Assembly: GCA_948896875.1 (NCBI GenBank)
Contig: CAQUWW010000001.1
Location: 20,056 to 84,055, forward strand
Length of the DNA stretch: 64,000 bases
DNA from: an uncultured Acetatifactor sp.
GTDB lineage: Bacteria > Bacillota > Clostridia > Lachnospirales > Lachnospiraceae
Direction: 5' to 3'
Each line of letters opens with the position of its first letter. Position 1 is the stretch's first letter. Below, one piece after another: positions 1 to 8,605 of this stretch. Position numbers and translations under genes: made by a program. The notes below the pieces were generated by a model. That model was given only the letters and a program-made list of their open reading frames with translations. It was not told the origin of the DNA and ran no database searches.

Positions 1-1
1 G

Positions 2-1435
2 GTAAAGGAATGGGGGAGGGGCGGCAGAGAATTGTTCGTCATCGGAGACCCGGATCAGTCTATTTACGGCTTCCGGGGCTGTGACCCCAAAGTGTTTTCC
101 CATCTGAAAGAGGAGTATCCGGAGCTTGCGGTCATACGCCTGGAGGAAAATTATCGCTCCGCTTCTGAGATCCTGAATGCCGCTCTCAGTGTGATATCCC
201 ATAATGAAGGGGAGGTCCGCAGAATGAAGGCCATGGCAGTAGGAAATGGGGCAATGAAGAATAGGGCGGCAGAGGCCAGTGGGATGGAAGCTATGGCGGC
301 AGGAAACGGAGCAATGAAAAATACGGCGGCTGGTGGGATGAAAGCTGCGGTAATGGAGACCGGAGAAGGAATACCCCTGCGCATGGTATCCGCGGAGGAC
401 GAACGTAGAGAGGCCATCTTCGTGGCAAAGGAAATCACTCGGCAGATCGGGGGAATCGACATGCTGGACACGGACAGAACCGGAGCCGGGGAAGGCCGCA
501 AAGTGCGGGGCTTCTCAGAGATTGCGGTGCTTTATCGGACCCACAGGCAGGCGGCGCTTCTGGAAAAGTGTCTCAGGCAGGAGGGAATTCCCTATCTGGT
601 GGCAGGGAGAGAGGACTTCCTGCGGGAGCGGGAGGTGCGGGCCACGCTGTATTTTTTCCGGCATATCCTGTATCCCAAGGAGGAATCGACGGCAACGCTT
701 TGCCGAAGACTGCTGGGGCCCATACTGGGGGAGGGACCGGACAGTCCGGTTCCGGACACTGAGCCAGGAGAAGGCCTGACTGGACAGCTTTTGGACGCTG
801 AGCCAGGAGAAGACCTGACGGGGCAGACGCCGGACTTTGGACCGGGAGAAGGCCTGGCAGGGCAGCTTCCGGATTCCGGTCAGAGAGAGATGGGAGCCGT
901 TCGCCTGCAGTACCTGATTGAAAAATACCGGAAAAAAGTCAGGAAGGCCCGCCCGGCAAAGCTTCTGGAAGACTGGTGCAGAGAGATTTCCTTTGAGAAG
1001 GAAGAAGATATGAAAGAACTGACAGACATGTCGGTTCTGTATCCTTCTATGGAAAGCTTTCTGGATACCCTTTCTTTTGGTGAGGACGGAGATGTAAGGA
1101 GAAACGGCGGCAGAAAGTTCACTGCGGATGCGGTGACGTTGATGACGCTCCATGGTTCCAAAGGGCTGGAATTTCCGGTGGTATTCCTCTATGGGATGGA
1201 CAGAGGACGATTCCCTCTGGAATTCGGCGGGGGAGAGACCGATATGGAAGAAGAACGCCGTTTGTGCTATGTGGGCATGACCAGGGCGAAGGAGGAACTG
1301 ATTCTGGTCTGCGGAGAGGAAGCCTCTTCCTTTCTGCAGGAGATCCCCGGGGAATATAGGAAATGGGAGCGGGCCGGAAAAGAAGAGGAAGAGCCCGTAG
1401 AGGCTGTCCAGATGAGCCTGTTTGACCTGATTTAG
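2..1435 (+). CDS. UvrD/PcrA (SF1A) helicase, 3' part; 5' end lies outside the window
   Basis: SF1 motifs VIGDPDQSIYGFRG, LEENYRS, IAVLYRT, TLMTLHGSKGLEFPVVF and EEERRLCYVGMTRAKEEL. The frame is open back to base 2. It ends in QMSLF. Confidence 0.93.
   Translation, partial: VKEWGRGGRELFVIGDPDQSIYGFRGCDPKVFSHLKEEYPELAVIRLEENYRSASEILNAALSVISHNEGEVRRMKAMAVGNGAMKNRAAEASGMEAMAAGNGAMKNTAAGGMKAAVMETGEGIPLRMVSAEDERREAIFVAKEITRQIGGIDMLDTDRTGAGEGRKVRGFSEIAVLYRTHRQAALLEKCLRQEGIPYLVAGREDFLREREVRATLYFFRHILYPKEESTATLCRRLLGPILGEGPDSPVPDTEPGEGLTGQLLDAEPGEDLTGQTPDFGPGEGLAGQLPDSGQREMGAVRLQYLIEKYRKKVRKARPAKLLEDWCREISFEKEEDMKELTDMSVLYPSMESFLDTLSFGEDGDVRRNGGRKFTADAVTLMTLHGSKGLEFPVVFLYGMDRGRFPLEFGGGETDMEEERRLCYVGMTRAKEELILVCGEEASSFLQEIPGEYRKWERAGKEEEEPVEAVQMSLFDLI
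224..350 (+). repeat. Degenerate in-frame tandem repeat (~30/60 nt) inside the helicase
   Basis: Peptide units MKAMAVGNGA-MKNRAAEASG-MEAMAAGNGA-MKNTAAGG-MKAA; DNA units begin atgaag/atggaa/atgaaa. Confidence 0.75.
752..880 (+). repeat. 39-nt in-frame tandem repeat (~3.3 copies) inside the helicase
   Basis: Units start at 752, 791, 830 and 869: PDTEPGEGLTGQL / LDAEPGEDLTGQT / PDFGPGEGLAGQL / PDSG. Confidence 0.9.
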
Positions 1436-1445
1436 GTGACGGTAT

Positions 1446-1478
1446 GAACAGTTCAGTGCTCTGTCTGAACTGTTGCGA
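1446..1478. repeat. REP-like palindrome family A, copy 1
   Basis: AACAGTTCAG-tgctctgt-CTGAACTGTT; near-identical to the reverse complement of 45977-46010. Confidence 0.75.
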
Positions 1479-1594
1479 CGGAATTCCATTTTATAGAATC
1501 TGTTTCAGATTGCATTTGAGAATTGTTTCCTGTATAGTAAAAAGAAGAAAGAAGGAACTGTGGCAAAGCTGAAAGGTGAAGGAGGACAAGAAGC

Positions 1595-3196
1595 ATGGGA
1601 ATGTATTTGAATCCGGGGAACAGCGGATTCACTGGAATCCGAAACGACATTTATGTGGATAAAAGCGGCCTGATCAGCCTGATCAACGAGACAATAGAGA
1701 CGCCGAGACGTTTGACCTGTGTCAGCAGACCCAGGCGTTTTGGAAAGTCCTTTGCCGCGAAAATGTTGTGTGCATATTATGACAAAACCTGTGCCTCGTC
1801 CGACTTGTTTGATGATCTTATGATTGCTGTGGATGACACAATCAATCAAACCTACAGGGAATACCTGAACAGATATGATGTCATTTATCTGGATATGACA
1901 AATATTGTGGGAAAAGTGAACCCACAGGATATGATATCTTTTATTGAACAGCGTGTGACGGAAGAGCTTCTGAATACTTATCCGAATCTGAAACAGGGAA
2001 GTGTATTTGATGAAACATTGCTATATGCCACAGAACTGACAGGTAACAAATTTATTATGATTATTGACGAATGGGATGCGCCTGTGAGGGAGACGCCGGA
2101 AATTCAGAAAGAGTATCTTTGGTTCCTGCGTACTCTGTTCAAGGGCAGCAGTACCACAGACAAGATTTTTGCAGCCGTTTATATGACGGGGATTCTGCCT
2201 GTGAAAAAGGATGGTTCCCAGTCAGCCATGTCCGATTTTGGGGAATATACCATGATTAAGCCCAGAAAATTCGGCAGGTATGTGGGATTTACGGAAGAGG
2301 AAGTCAGGAAGCTTTGTGATGACTATGATAGCGATTTCGGGAAGATGAAGAGCTGGTATGACGGATATCTGTTTCGGAATGTGGGTTCTGTGTATAATCC
2401 GAATTCTGTCATGGAAGCCATCCGTAATGAAGAATTTGACTCCTACTGGACCCAGACTTCGGCGGCAGAAAGCTTGATGGGATATATCAGCCTGGATTTT
2501 GACGGGCTGTCCAAAACAGTGGCAGACCTCATCGGAGGGGAGAAAATAAAGGTATATACAAAAGGATTTTCCAATGATCTGGTAACATTCCGAAATCGCG
2601 ACGATGTGCTGACACTGCTGATTCATCTGGGTTATCTGGCCTATGAAGACGCGACGGAAAGGGTGTATATTCCCAATGAAGAAATCCGCATGGAGTTTGC
2701 CAGGACGATACGGGAAGTGAACCGCAGTGATACGATCAGGAGAGTTCGGGAGAGTGACCAGCTGATCCGTGATACGATTCATGGAAATGCGGATGCAGTT
2801 GCCGCGCAGATAGAAAAGATTCATGCCGAAGAAGCACCTTTACACTACAATAATGAACAGGCCTTGCGCAGTGTGATGAAACGAGCTTATTTCAGTTTCG
2901 GGGACGAATATATAATGTTTGAAGAATTGCCTGCGGGGGAGGGATACGCAGATATCGTGTATTTGCCAAAGAAAGGTTCGCTGCTTCCGGCACTGGTGAT
3001 CGAACTGAAATGGAATAAGACAGCGGAAGGGGCAATTCGGCAGATAAAAGACAGACATTATCCGGAAGTAATTCGAAGATATGGAGGAGACATTTTACTG
3101 GTGGGTATCAATTACGACAAAGATGCATCTGCCGGAATACGGAAACACACCTGCCTCATAGAAAAGTACCGGATAGAAAAAGCCCCGGACAGATGA
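1595..3196 (+). CDS. AAA-ATPase-like protein with C-terminal PD-(D/E)XK nuclease domain
   Basis: YLNPGN start, YVDKS, Walker A RPRRFGKS, Walker B IIDEWD, YMTGILP, and C-terminal GYADIV...VIELKW. Confidence 0.9.
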   Translation: MGMYLNPGNSGFTGIRNDIYVDKSGLISLINETIETPRRLTCVSRPRRFGKSFAAKMLCAYYDKTCASSDLFDDLMIAVDDTINQTYREYLNRYDVIYLDMTNIVGKVNPQDMISFIEQRVTEELLNTYPNLKQGSVFDETLLYATELTGNKFIMIIDEWDAPVRETPEIQKEYLWFLRTLFKGSSTTDKIFAAVYMTGILPVKKDGSQSAMSDFGEYTMIKPRKFGRYVGFTEEEVRKLCDDYDSDFGKMKSWYDGYLFRNVGSVYNPNSVMEAIRNEEFDSYWTQTSAAESLMGYISLDFDGLSKTVADLIGGEKIKVYTKGFSNDLVTFRNRDDVLTLLIHLGYLAYEDATERVYIPNEEIRMEFARTIREVNRSDTIRRVRESDQLIRDTIHGNADAVAAQIEKIHAEEAPLHYNNEQALRSVMKRAYFSFGDEYIMFEELPAGEGYADIVYLPKKGSLLPALVIELKWNKTAEGAIRQIKDRHYPEVIRRYGGDILLVGINYDKDASAGIRKHTCLIEKYRIEKAPDR

Positions 3197-3200
3197 CGAT

Positions 3201-3265
3201 TTCACAGTTTGAACACAGATAAAACACAATTCAAACACAGAGTGTTGACATTTTCTTGCTAGGAT
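3201..3265 (+). promoter_or_regulatory. Four CACA(G/A) direct repeats at 11-bp spacing plus a candidate promoter
   Basis: CACAG/CACAA at 3203, 3214, 3225 and 3236; TTGACA at 3245; extended -10-like TGcTAGGAT at 3257-3265. Confidence 0.55.
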
Positions 3266-3267
3266 AG

Positions 3268-3393
3268 AAAGTAAGGGGAAGTCACAAAGGCACACGAGAG
3301 GAACTTTTATGAGTGCTCTTTCGAATGAAAGTTCCTCTCCTGAGATGTTGTGCCGAAGTGACTTCCCACTTTAGTGCCGTCGCGCAAGCGACT
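3268..3393 (+). repeat. Structured dispersed element (long hairpin plus small terminal hairpin), copy 1; candidate cis-acting RNA or MITE/REP
   Basis: Stems GGGAAGTCAC/GTGACTTCCC, GGCACA/TGTGCC and GAGAGGAACTTT/AAAGTTCCTCTC, then GTCGC-GCAA-GCGAC. Homologous to 15088-15214 on the minus strand. Confidence 0.8.
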
Positions 3394-3414
3394 ATATTGG
3401 AGGACAGCAGAAAA

Positions 3415-5688
3415 ATGACAAAAAGAAAATGGAAAAGGACACTGGCAGCCATGCTTATCATGACGCTTTGCGCAGGCGTGGCGGGAGGCTGTGGAAAGGA
3501 ACAGCAGGAGAGCGGCGGCCAGGAGAAAACGGCGGGAGAATCAGGAGACGATAAAGGCAGATATGTGGAACGGGAAGAAGCATGGCCGGAAGAATTGGCA
3601 GACTGGACAGTCATGCAGATTTTTACGGTGGAGGATAAGCTGCATCTGCTGGCGTCGAAGCAGACGGATGGGAAAACTGTCCTGCGGGAGTGGGAGAAGC
3701 AGGAGAGCGGCTATGTGGATGTGACACAGGACTGGCTTACCTCCATGGAATTGAACTGCGGAGACTGGATGGAGGCGCGATTGGTGCAGGCGCAGGATGG
3801 CACACAGTATCTCTATGCCGGATATATGGAAGAGGAGCTGGATAATTTTCTGGGACATCTGTGGAGAGGAGAAGGGGATGCGGCGGTGGAAATCACGCCG
3901 GAGAAGTGGTCTGTTCCCAATGAGGAGTGGGGCGGCTATGAGATGATACAGGATTTGACGGCGCTGGATAACGGGACATTGGTAGTAGCTTCGTATTCTT
4001 CTGTGGACATCCTGTCGGGAGAGGATGGAAAGGTGCTGGAGAGTGAACAGGCTTCTGCAATCTATGATGGCCGTATGGTGACGGATGGAGAAAATGTATA
4101 TCTCAGCACTTCGGACGGAACAGGCTATCAGATTGAAAAACGCAGAGAAGGAAAAAGCAATGACGTGGAACAGATTCCATTTACATCGGGCGACACTTCC
4201 TCGGCAGGCAGTGGAGAATCCGGTAGCATAACGGTGGGAGGTACGGGAGGTCTGAACCTTTCCGTATTAAAGGATGGTACGTTGATTGCCGCGGGGGAAG
4301 AGGGCATTTTCCGGCTGGAGGGCGGCAATGCGGACGGAGAATGGGAGAAGCTGGTGGACGGCGTTGACACGAACTTTGCCATGAGAGATTACACCTGCCT
4401 TGGCCTTGTGGCGCTGGAGGACGGCAGCCTCTACGCATTGTTTGAGACAGGCGGGGAAGAAAGGCTGTATCGGTACGAATACGATCCCAACGCAGTTTCT
4501 CAGGTAACGCAGGTATTGAGGCTATATACTGTTTATGAGAATTCTGTGCTTACACAGGCTGCGGTAATGTATCATAAAGCCCATCCGGAAGTACTGATTT
4601 CCATAGAAAGTGAATATCCTATGTACCATTACGGCGATACGGATTATGACGCGGTCTATCAGAAGCTGAACACCATGCTGATGGGAGAGGATGCGCCGGA
4701 CATCCTGATGATGGATCATCTGAAGACAGACTCTTATGCGCAAAAAGGACTGCTGGAAGATCTGGAGGATGTGGTGGGCCCCATGGAAGAGAGCGGGGAA
4801 CTGCTGTCTAATATTACACATACTTACGTTCGAGAGGACGGGAAACGCTATGTGGTGCCTCTGCAGTTTGGCTTTACCATGGCGGTGGGCAGAGACATTG
4901 CGCCGGAAAATATGGAGTCTTTGGAAGCACTGGCCGAATTCCTTGCCGGGGCGGATTACAGCTATATGGGAAAGCAGACCGCGTCGGATCTGGTATATCA
5001 GTTTTACACTTATTTCTGTGATGAGATCGTGGACGGAAAAGAACTGAACAGGGAAAAGTTAAGTCAATACCTGAGATACCTGAAGGCCATCGGAGACAAT
5101 TGCGGAATCATCGATGTCTGGCCGGAAAATGAGAGAGCCACCGACATGTGGAATCTGAGCGCGGAGACAAAGCTGGCGTTTCAGAAGGTGGACGGATTTA
5201 CGAATTGCATGATTCCTGTGTCCATGGCAGAATATATCAAGGGAGATTTTACCGCCTTTGAGAACAAATTTATTCCATCCCTGGAGGCCGGAATCTGTGC
5301 GAAGAGCCAGTATGTAGATACGGCGAAGGATTTCCTGCGATTTGCTCTGTCAGAGGAATTCCAGAGTGCAAACGGCGATAACGGATTTCCGGTGAACAGG
5401 CAGGCGCTGAAGACACAGGCGGCGAAGGACCGTTCTGATTTCCAGATTTACACATCGATCCAGGCGGATGACGGAAGCTATGTTGGATTTGAATCAAAGA
5501 GCTACTCTCAGGAGACGGCGGACAGACTGGCGGCCATGTGCGAGGCGCTGGATAAGCCTGTGAAAGAAGATGCGAAAATCCGTCAGGTTCTGACAGACTG
5601 CCTCGGGGAATACCTGAAAGGCACACAGTCGGAAGAGGAGACAGTTCATAAGATTGAAGAAGAGCTGAAGATGTATCTGGCGGAGTAG
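3415..5688 (+). CDS. Large extracellular solute-binding lipoprotein (family 1 SBP C-terminal domain)
   Basis: RBS GGAGG; basic-hydrophobic signal peptide with lipobox AGGC; C-terminal SBP motifs (KLNTMLMGEDAPDIL, AKDFLRFALSEEFQ, GFPVNR, LKMYLAE). Confidence 0.8.
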   Translation: MTKRKWKRTLAAMLIMTLCAGVAGGCGKEQQESGGQEKTAGESGDDKGRYVEREEAWPEELADWTVMQIFTVEDKLHLLASKQTDGKTVLREWEKQESGYVDVTQDWLTSMELNCGDWMEARLVQAQDGTQYLYAGYMEEELDNFLGHLWRGEGDAAVEITPEKWSVPNEEWGGYEMIQDLTALDNGTLVVASYSSVDILSGEDGKVLESEQASAIYDGRMVTDGENVYLSTSDGTGYQIEKRREGKSNDVEQIPFTSGDTSSAGSGESGSITVGGTGGLNLSVLKDGTLIAAGEEGIFRLEGGNADGEWEKLVDGVDTNFAMRDYTCLGLVALEDGSLYALFETGGEERLYRYEYDPNAVSQVTQVLRLYTVYENSVLTQAAVMYHKAHPEVLISIESEYPMYHYGDTDYDAVYQKLNTMLMGEDAPDILMMDHLKTDSYAQKGLLEDLEDVVGPMEESGELLSNITHTYVREDGKRYVVPLQFGFTMAVGRDIAPENMESLEALAEFLAGADYSYMGKQTASDLVYQFYTYFCDEIVDGKELNREKLSQYLRYLKAIGDNCGIIDVWPENERATDMWNLSAETKLAFQKVDGFTNCMIPVSMAEYIKGDFTAFENKFIPSLEAGICAKSQYVDTAKDFLRFALSEEFQSANGDNGFPVNRQALKTQAAKDRSDFQIYTSIQADDGSYVGFESKSYSQETADRLAAMCEALDKPVKEDAKIRQVLTDCLGEYLKGTQSEEETVHKIEEELKMYLAE

Positions 5689-5711
5689 AAAAAAGCTTGC
5701 AATTCCCTTTA

Positions 5712-5760
5712 TTCATGATAATAGAGAATCCACGTGGCGCATGGATTCTCTATTGTTGCT
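5712..5760. repeat. Hairpin repeat family B, copy 1; may act as a terminator between convergent genes
   Basis: AATAGAGAATCCA...TGGATTCTCTATT; similar to 22369-22413 including the flanks TTCATGA and GTTGC. Confidence 0.7.
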
Positions 5761-5788
5761 TCAGTGTTCTTCAGGCTCAGTTCATTTT

Positions 5789-6255
5789 CTACCTGATGTC
5801 GTGGAATGAGAACTGGTCAGAGCTTAAGGGGCCGGGGTTTAATCTGGCATATACATAGGTGTCCTTCCAGATGACGTTCCCGTTTTTGTCTTTTTGAAAG
5901 TATGTATTTTCCCTGAAATGAGCTTCCCGCTGAAAGCCCAATGCTTCAAGTAATTTCCAGGAGCGTTTGTTGCAGGGGTCACATTCCGCATAGATTCTGT
6001 GACAGCCGTCAGAAAAGGCCTGCCGGATGAGAGCCTGGCAGCTTTCGGTGGCATACCCATGTCCCCAATAATTTCGATTCAGCAGATATCCCATTTCTGC
6101 TCTTCCTTTACCTCTTTCAGGGTCAGCGGTTCATAGGGCTCGAAGGCAACGACTTCCGCGTCAGACAGATATTCATACAAGTCTTGCAAATCCCCTTTTT
6201 GATATCTTCTTAAAATCAGTCCCTCTGTCTCTGCTATGATTTTTCTGGTAGTCAT
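5789..6255 (-). pseudogene. RimJ/RimL-type GNAT acetyltransferase, frameshifted with a probable internal deletion
   Basis: ATG at 6255 gives MTTRKIIAETEGLILRRYQKGDLQDLYEYLSD...EVKEEQKWDIC*. The C-terminal half (EMGYLLNRNYWGHGYATE...N..SWKLLEALGF) is in another frame. Confidence 0.75.
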
Positions 6256-6527
6256 ATTATTCTATCCTTATCCTCAACCGGCCTTGTTTTCTGCGTCCCG
6301 GTTCACATCTGCTATTATATGGCGGAAAAAGGCGAAGCCGCAACAGGGAATATTGAAATAACAGGGGATTTGCCGTGAAATGCTTTCTGAGTGTTGTAAA
6401 ATGAAAAGCGCTTTTGTTGCGCTCATTTGCTGAAACAGATATACTGTTACCAGTTCGGACAGGTTATTGAAATGACATAGATACCGAATGTAGACAGGCA
6501 AAGGAGAGGAGCAGAGAAAAGTAGAAA

Positions 6528-7211
6528 ATGAAAAGGATATTATATGTGGAAGACGACTTGAGCCTTATTGACGGGCTTCAATATACCCTGGAGAAAAACG
6601 ATTTTGCTGTTGACAACGTTCGTACTGTAAAAGAAGCCTATACATTTTTCCATGCAAATACATATGACTTGATATTGCTGGACATAACGCTGCCGGACGG
6701 CACAGGCTATGATGTCTGCAGGGAAGTGCGCCGGACTTCCACGATTCCCATTATTTTCCTCACGGCTTCCGACGAGGAGGTCAGCATTGTGAAAGGACTG
6801 GATATGGGCGGGGATGACTATATCACAAAGCCTTTTAAGCTGGGAGAGGTCCTCTCCAGAATCAATGCGCTGCTGCGACGCTTCCGACAGTTCTCCAGGG
6901 AGGATACCATTCTGGAATCCAATGGGATTACAGTTGATTTGTCAGAGCGCACGGTACGAAAGGGAGAGACGGAACTGGAACTGACTCTGGCGGAGTACAA
7001 ACTGCTCTGCCTGTTCCTGAGGAATCCCAACCGTGTTCTGTCCAGAGAGCTGATTCTGGACCGCCTCTGGGATGGAAACGGGAATTATGTGGATGACAAT
7101 ACGCTTTCTGTCTATATACGCAGACTGCGGAGGAAAATTGAAGATAATCCAGACCTGCCAGTAAAGCTCCTGACCGAAAGAGGAGTCGGCTATAAGTGGA
7201 TGAAAGGGTGA
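6528..7211 (+). CDS. OmpR-family response regulator
   Basis: Receiver motifs VEDD, LLDITLPD and DDYITKPF; winged-helix motifs NTLSVYIRRLR and RGVGY. Confidence 0.95.
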   Translation: MKRILYVEDDLSLIDGLQYTLEKNDFAVDNVRTVKEAYTFFHANTYDLILLDITLPDGTGYDVCREVRRTSTIPIIFLTASDEEVSIVKGLDMGGDDYITKPFKLGEVLSRINALLRRFRQFSREDTILESNGITVDLSERTVRKGETELELTLAEYKLLCLFLRNPNRVLSRELILDRLWDGNGNYVDDNTLSVYIRRLRRKIEDNPDLPVKLLTERGVGYKWMKG

Positions 7212-7217
7212 GCGGGT

Positions 7218-8453
7218 ATGAACAGAATGGGAAGAAACATGGGGATACTGCTCTGCCGCCTGCTTGCCATCTGCATCCTGGCGGTGGCAGCATCGGCCAT
7301 TCTCACCCTATGGATGACAGAGGACTTTCGGAAGACATTGACGGAACATGATGCCGCGGCGGCAGGATATCTGATCACTCACCCGGATGTAAATCTGGTA
7401 TGCGCATTCACGAAAGAGAAAACGGAATCTGACTTGATGGTGGGAAAAAGGGAATTGGGTTCCGTGGGGTATACCGAAAGCACAGATTTCGGTTTGATTC
7501 CTGATGTGGCCCGATATAGAATGCGTGTCGCCGCCATATTCGGGGGGCTGCTTTCCTCTGTCTTTGCAGGGATTTTTCTGACCTTCCATTTCTATCGAAA
7601 AAAGCAGAAAGCTGTCCTGGAGAAGGCGGATGCCGTCATTACCTGCTTCCTGGAGGGCGATGGGGGACAAAGGATAGAGTGCGAAGAGACCGGGGACTGG
7701 TACAGCCTGTTCCACAGGATAAATGAGCTTGCCGCGGTTCTGTCCTCCCATGCGGAGCATGAGAAGCAGAGCCGCAGATTTCTGCAGGATATGATTTCAG
7801 ATGTATCCCATCAGTTGAAAACCCCTCTGGCCGCTATGAAAATGTATCATGAAATTATCGCTCAGGACGATACGGATGCGGAGACCATTCGGGAATTCAG
7901 CAGGAAGTCTCTGCGGGAGATAGACCGGGTGGAGGATGTGGTCTATACTCTGTTAAAGATTGCCAGACTGGACACCGGAACCGTCCGGATGGAAAAAGAG
8001 GAGGAATCCGTGGAAGCCCTGCTGAGGGATGTGACAGAGCGATTTGAAGTCCAGGCGGCAAAAGAATCGAAAGAAATCATCTTATCAGGCCAAAGCGGTG
8101 CCACTCTCTATTGCGATGCGCTCTGGATGTCGGAAGCCCTGGGGAATGTGATAAAAAACGCTCTGGAACATACGAAAGAGGGCGGGAAAATTCTGGTCAG
8201 CTGGGAGAGAACGGCGCTGCTTACCAATATTATCATCGAGGATAATGGCACAGGAATCCATCCGGAGGATATTCATAACATTTTCAAACGTTTCTACAGA
8301 AGCCGCTTTTCACAGGATACCCATGGAATCGGACTGGGACTGCCTCTGGCGAAAGCGGTGGTGGAGGCCCATGACGGCACTGTCACCGTCACAAGCAGAC
8401 CGGGGCAGGGCAGCAGATTTGTGCTGAGCTTTTTCCACTGTATAAAAGAGTAA
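7218..8453 (+). CDS. Sensor histidine kinase
   Basis: Two TM segments; H-box SHQLKTPL; N-box NVIKNALEH; DNGTGI; GIGLGL. Confidence 0.95.
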   Translation: MNRMGRNMGILLCRLLAICILAVAASAILTLWMTEDFRKTLTEHDAAAAGYLITHPDVNLVCAFTKEKTESDLMVGKRELGSVGYTESTDFGLIPDVARYRMRVAAIFGGLLSSVFAGIFLTFHFYRKKQKAVLEKADAVITCFLEGDGGQRIECEETGDWYSLFHRINELAAVLSSHAEHEKQSRRFLQDMISDVSHQLKTPLAAMKMYHEIIAQDDTDAETIREFSRKSLREIDRVEDVVYTLLKIARLDTGTVRMEKEEESVEALLRDVTERFEVQAAKESKEIILSGQSGATLYCDALWMSEALGNVIKNALEHTKEGGKILVSWERTALLTNIIIEDNGTGIHPEDIHNIFKRFYRSRFSQDTHGIGLGLPLAKAVVEAHDGTVTVTSRPGQGSRFVLSFFHCIKE

Positions 8454-8605
8454 ATCTTACTAAACTCCCATGCAGCCTGCCACGTCATCATACATTAAAG
8501 TCTGGGCGTAATGGTAGAGGGACTTTTACAGGAAAATGTAAGATAAAATTCATGTGAAAGTAAGCTCCGGAAAGTATGATACTACCTGAAAGGCAGGTAA
8601 GAAAC

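Noticed and set aside
752..880. 39-nt periodic repeat as a CRISPR array
   Set aside because: Units are contiguous, in frame and inside a CDS, with no unique spacers and no cas genes.
3313..3414. N-terminal extension of the SBP ORF and the similar short ORF at 14916-15167
   Set aside because: The shared peptide (FRMK.P..RC) is just translation of the repeat element; the RBS and signal peptide support a start at 3415.
6402..6416. AAAAGCGCTTTT palindrome as a CcpA cre site
   Set aside because: Spacing does not fit TGWNANCGNTNWCA well; single occurrence.
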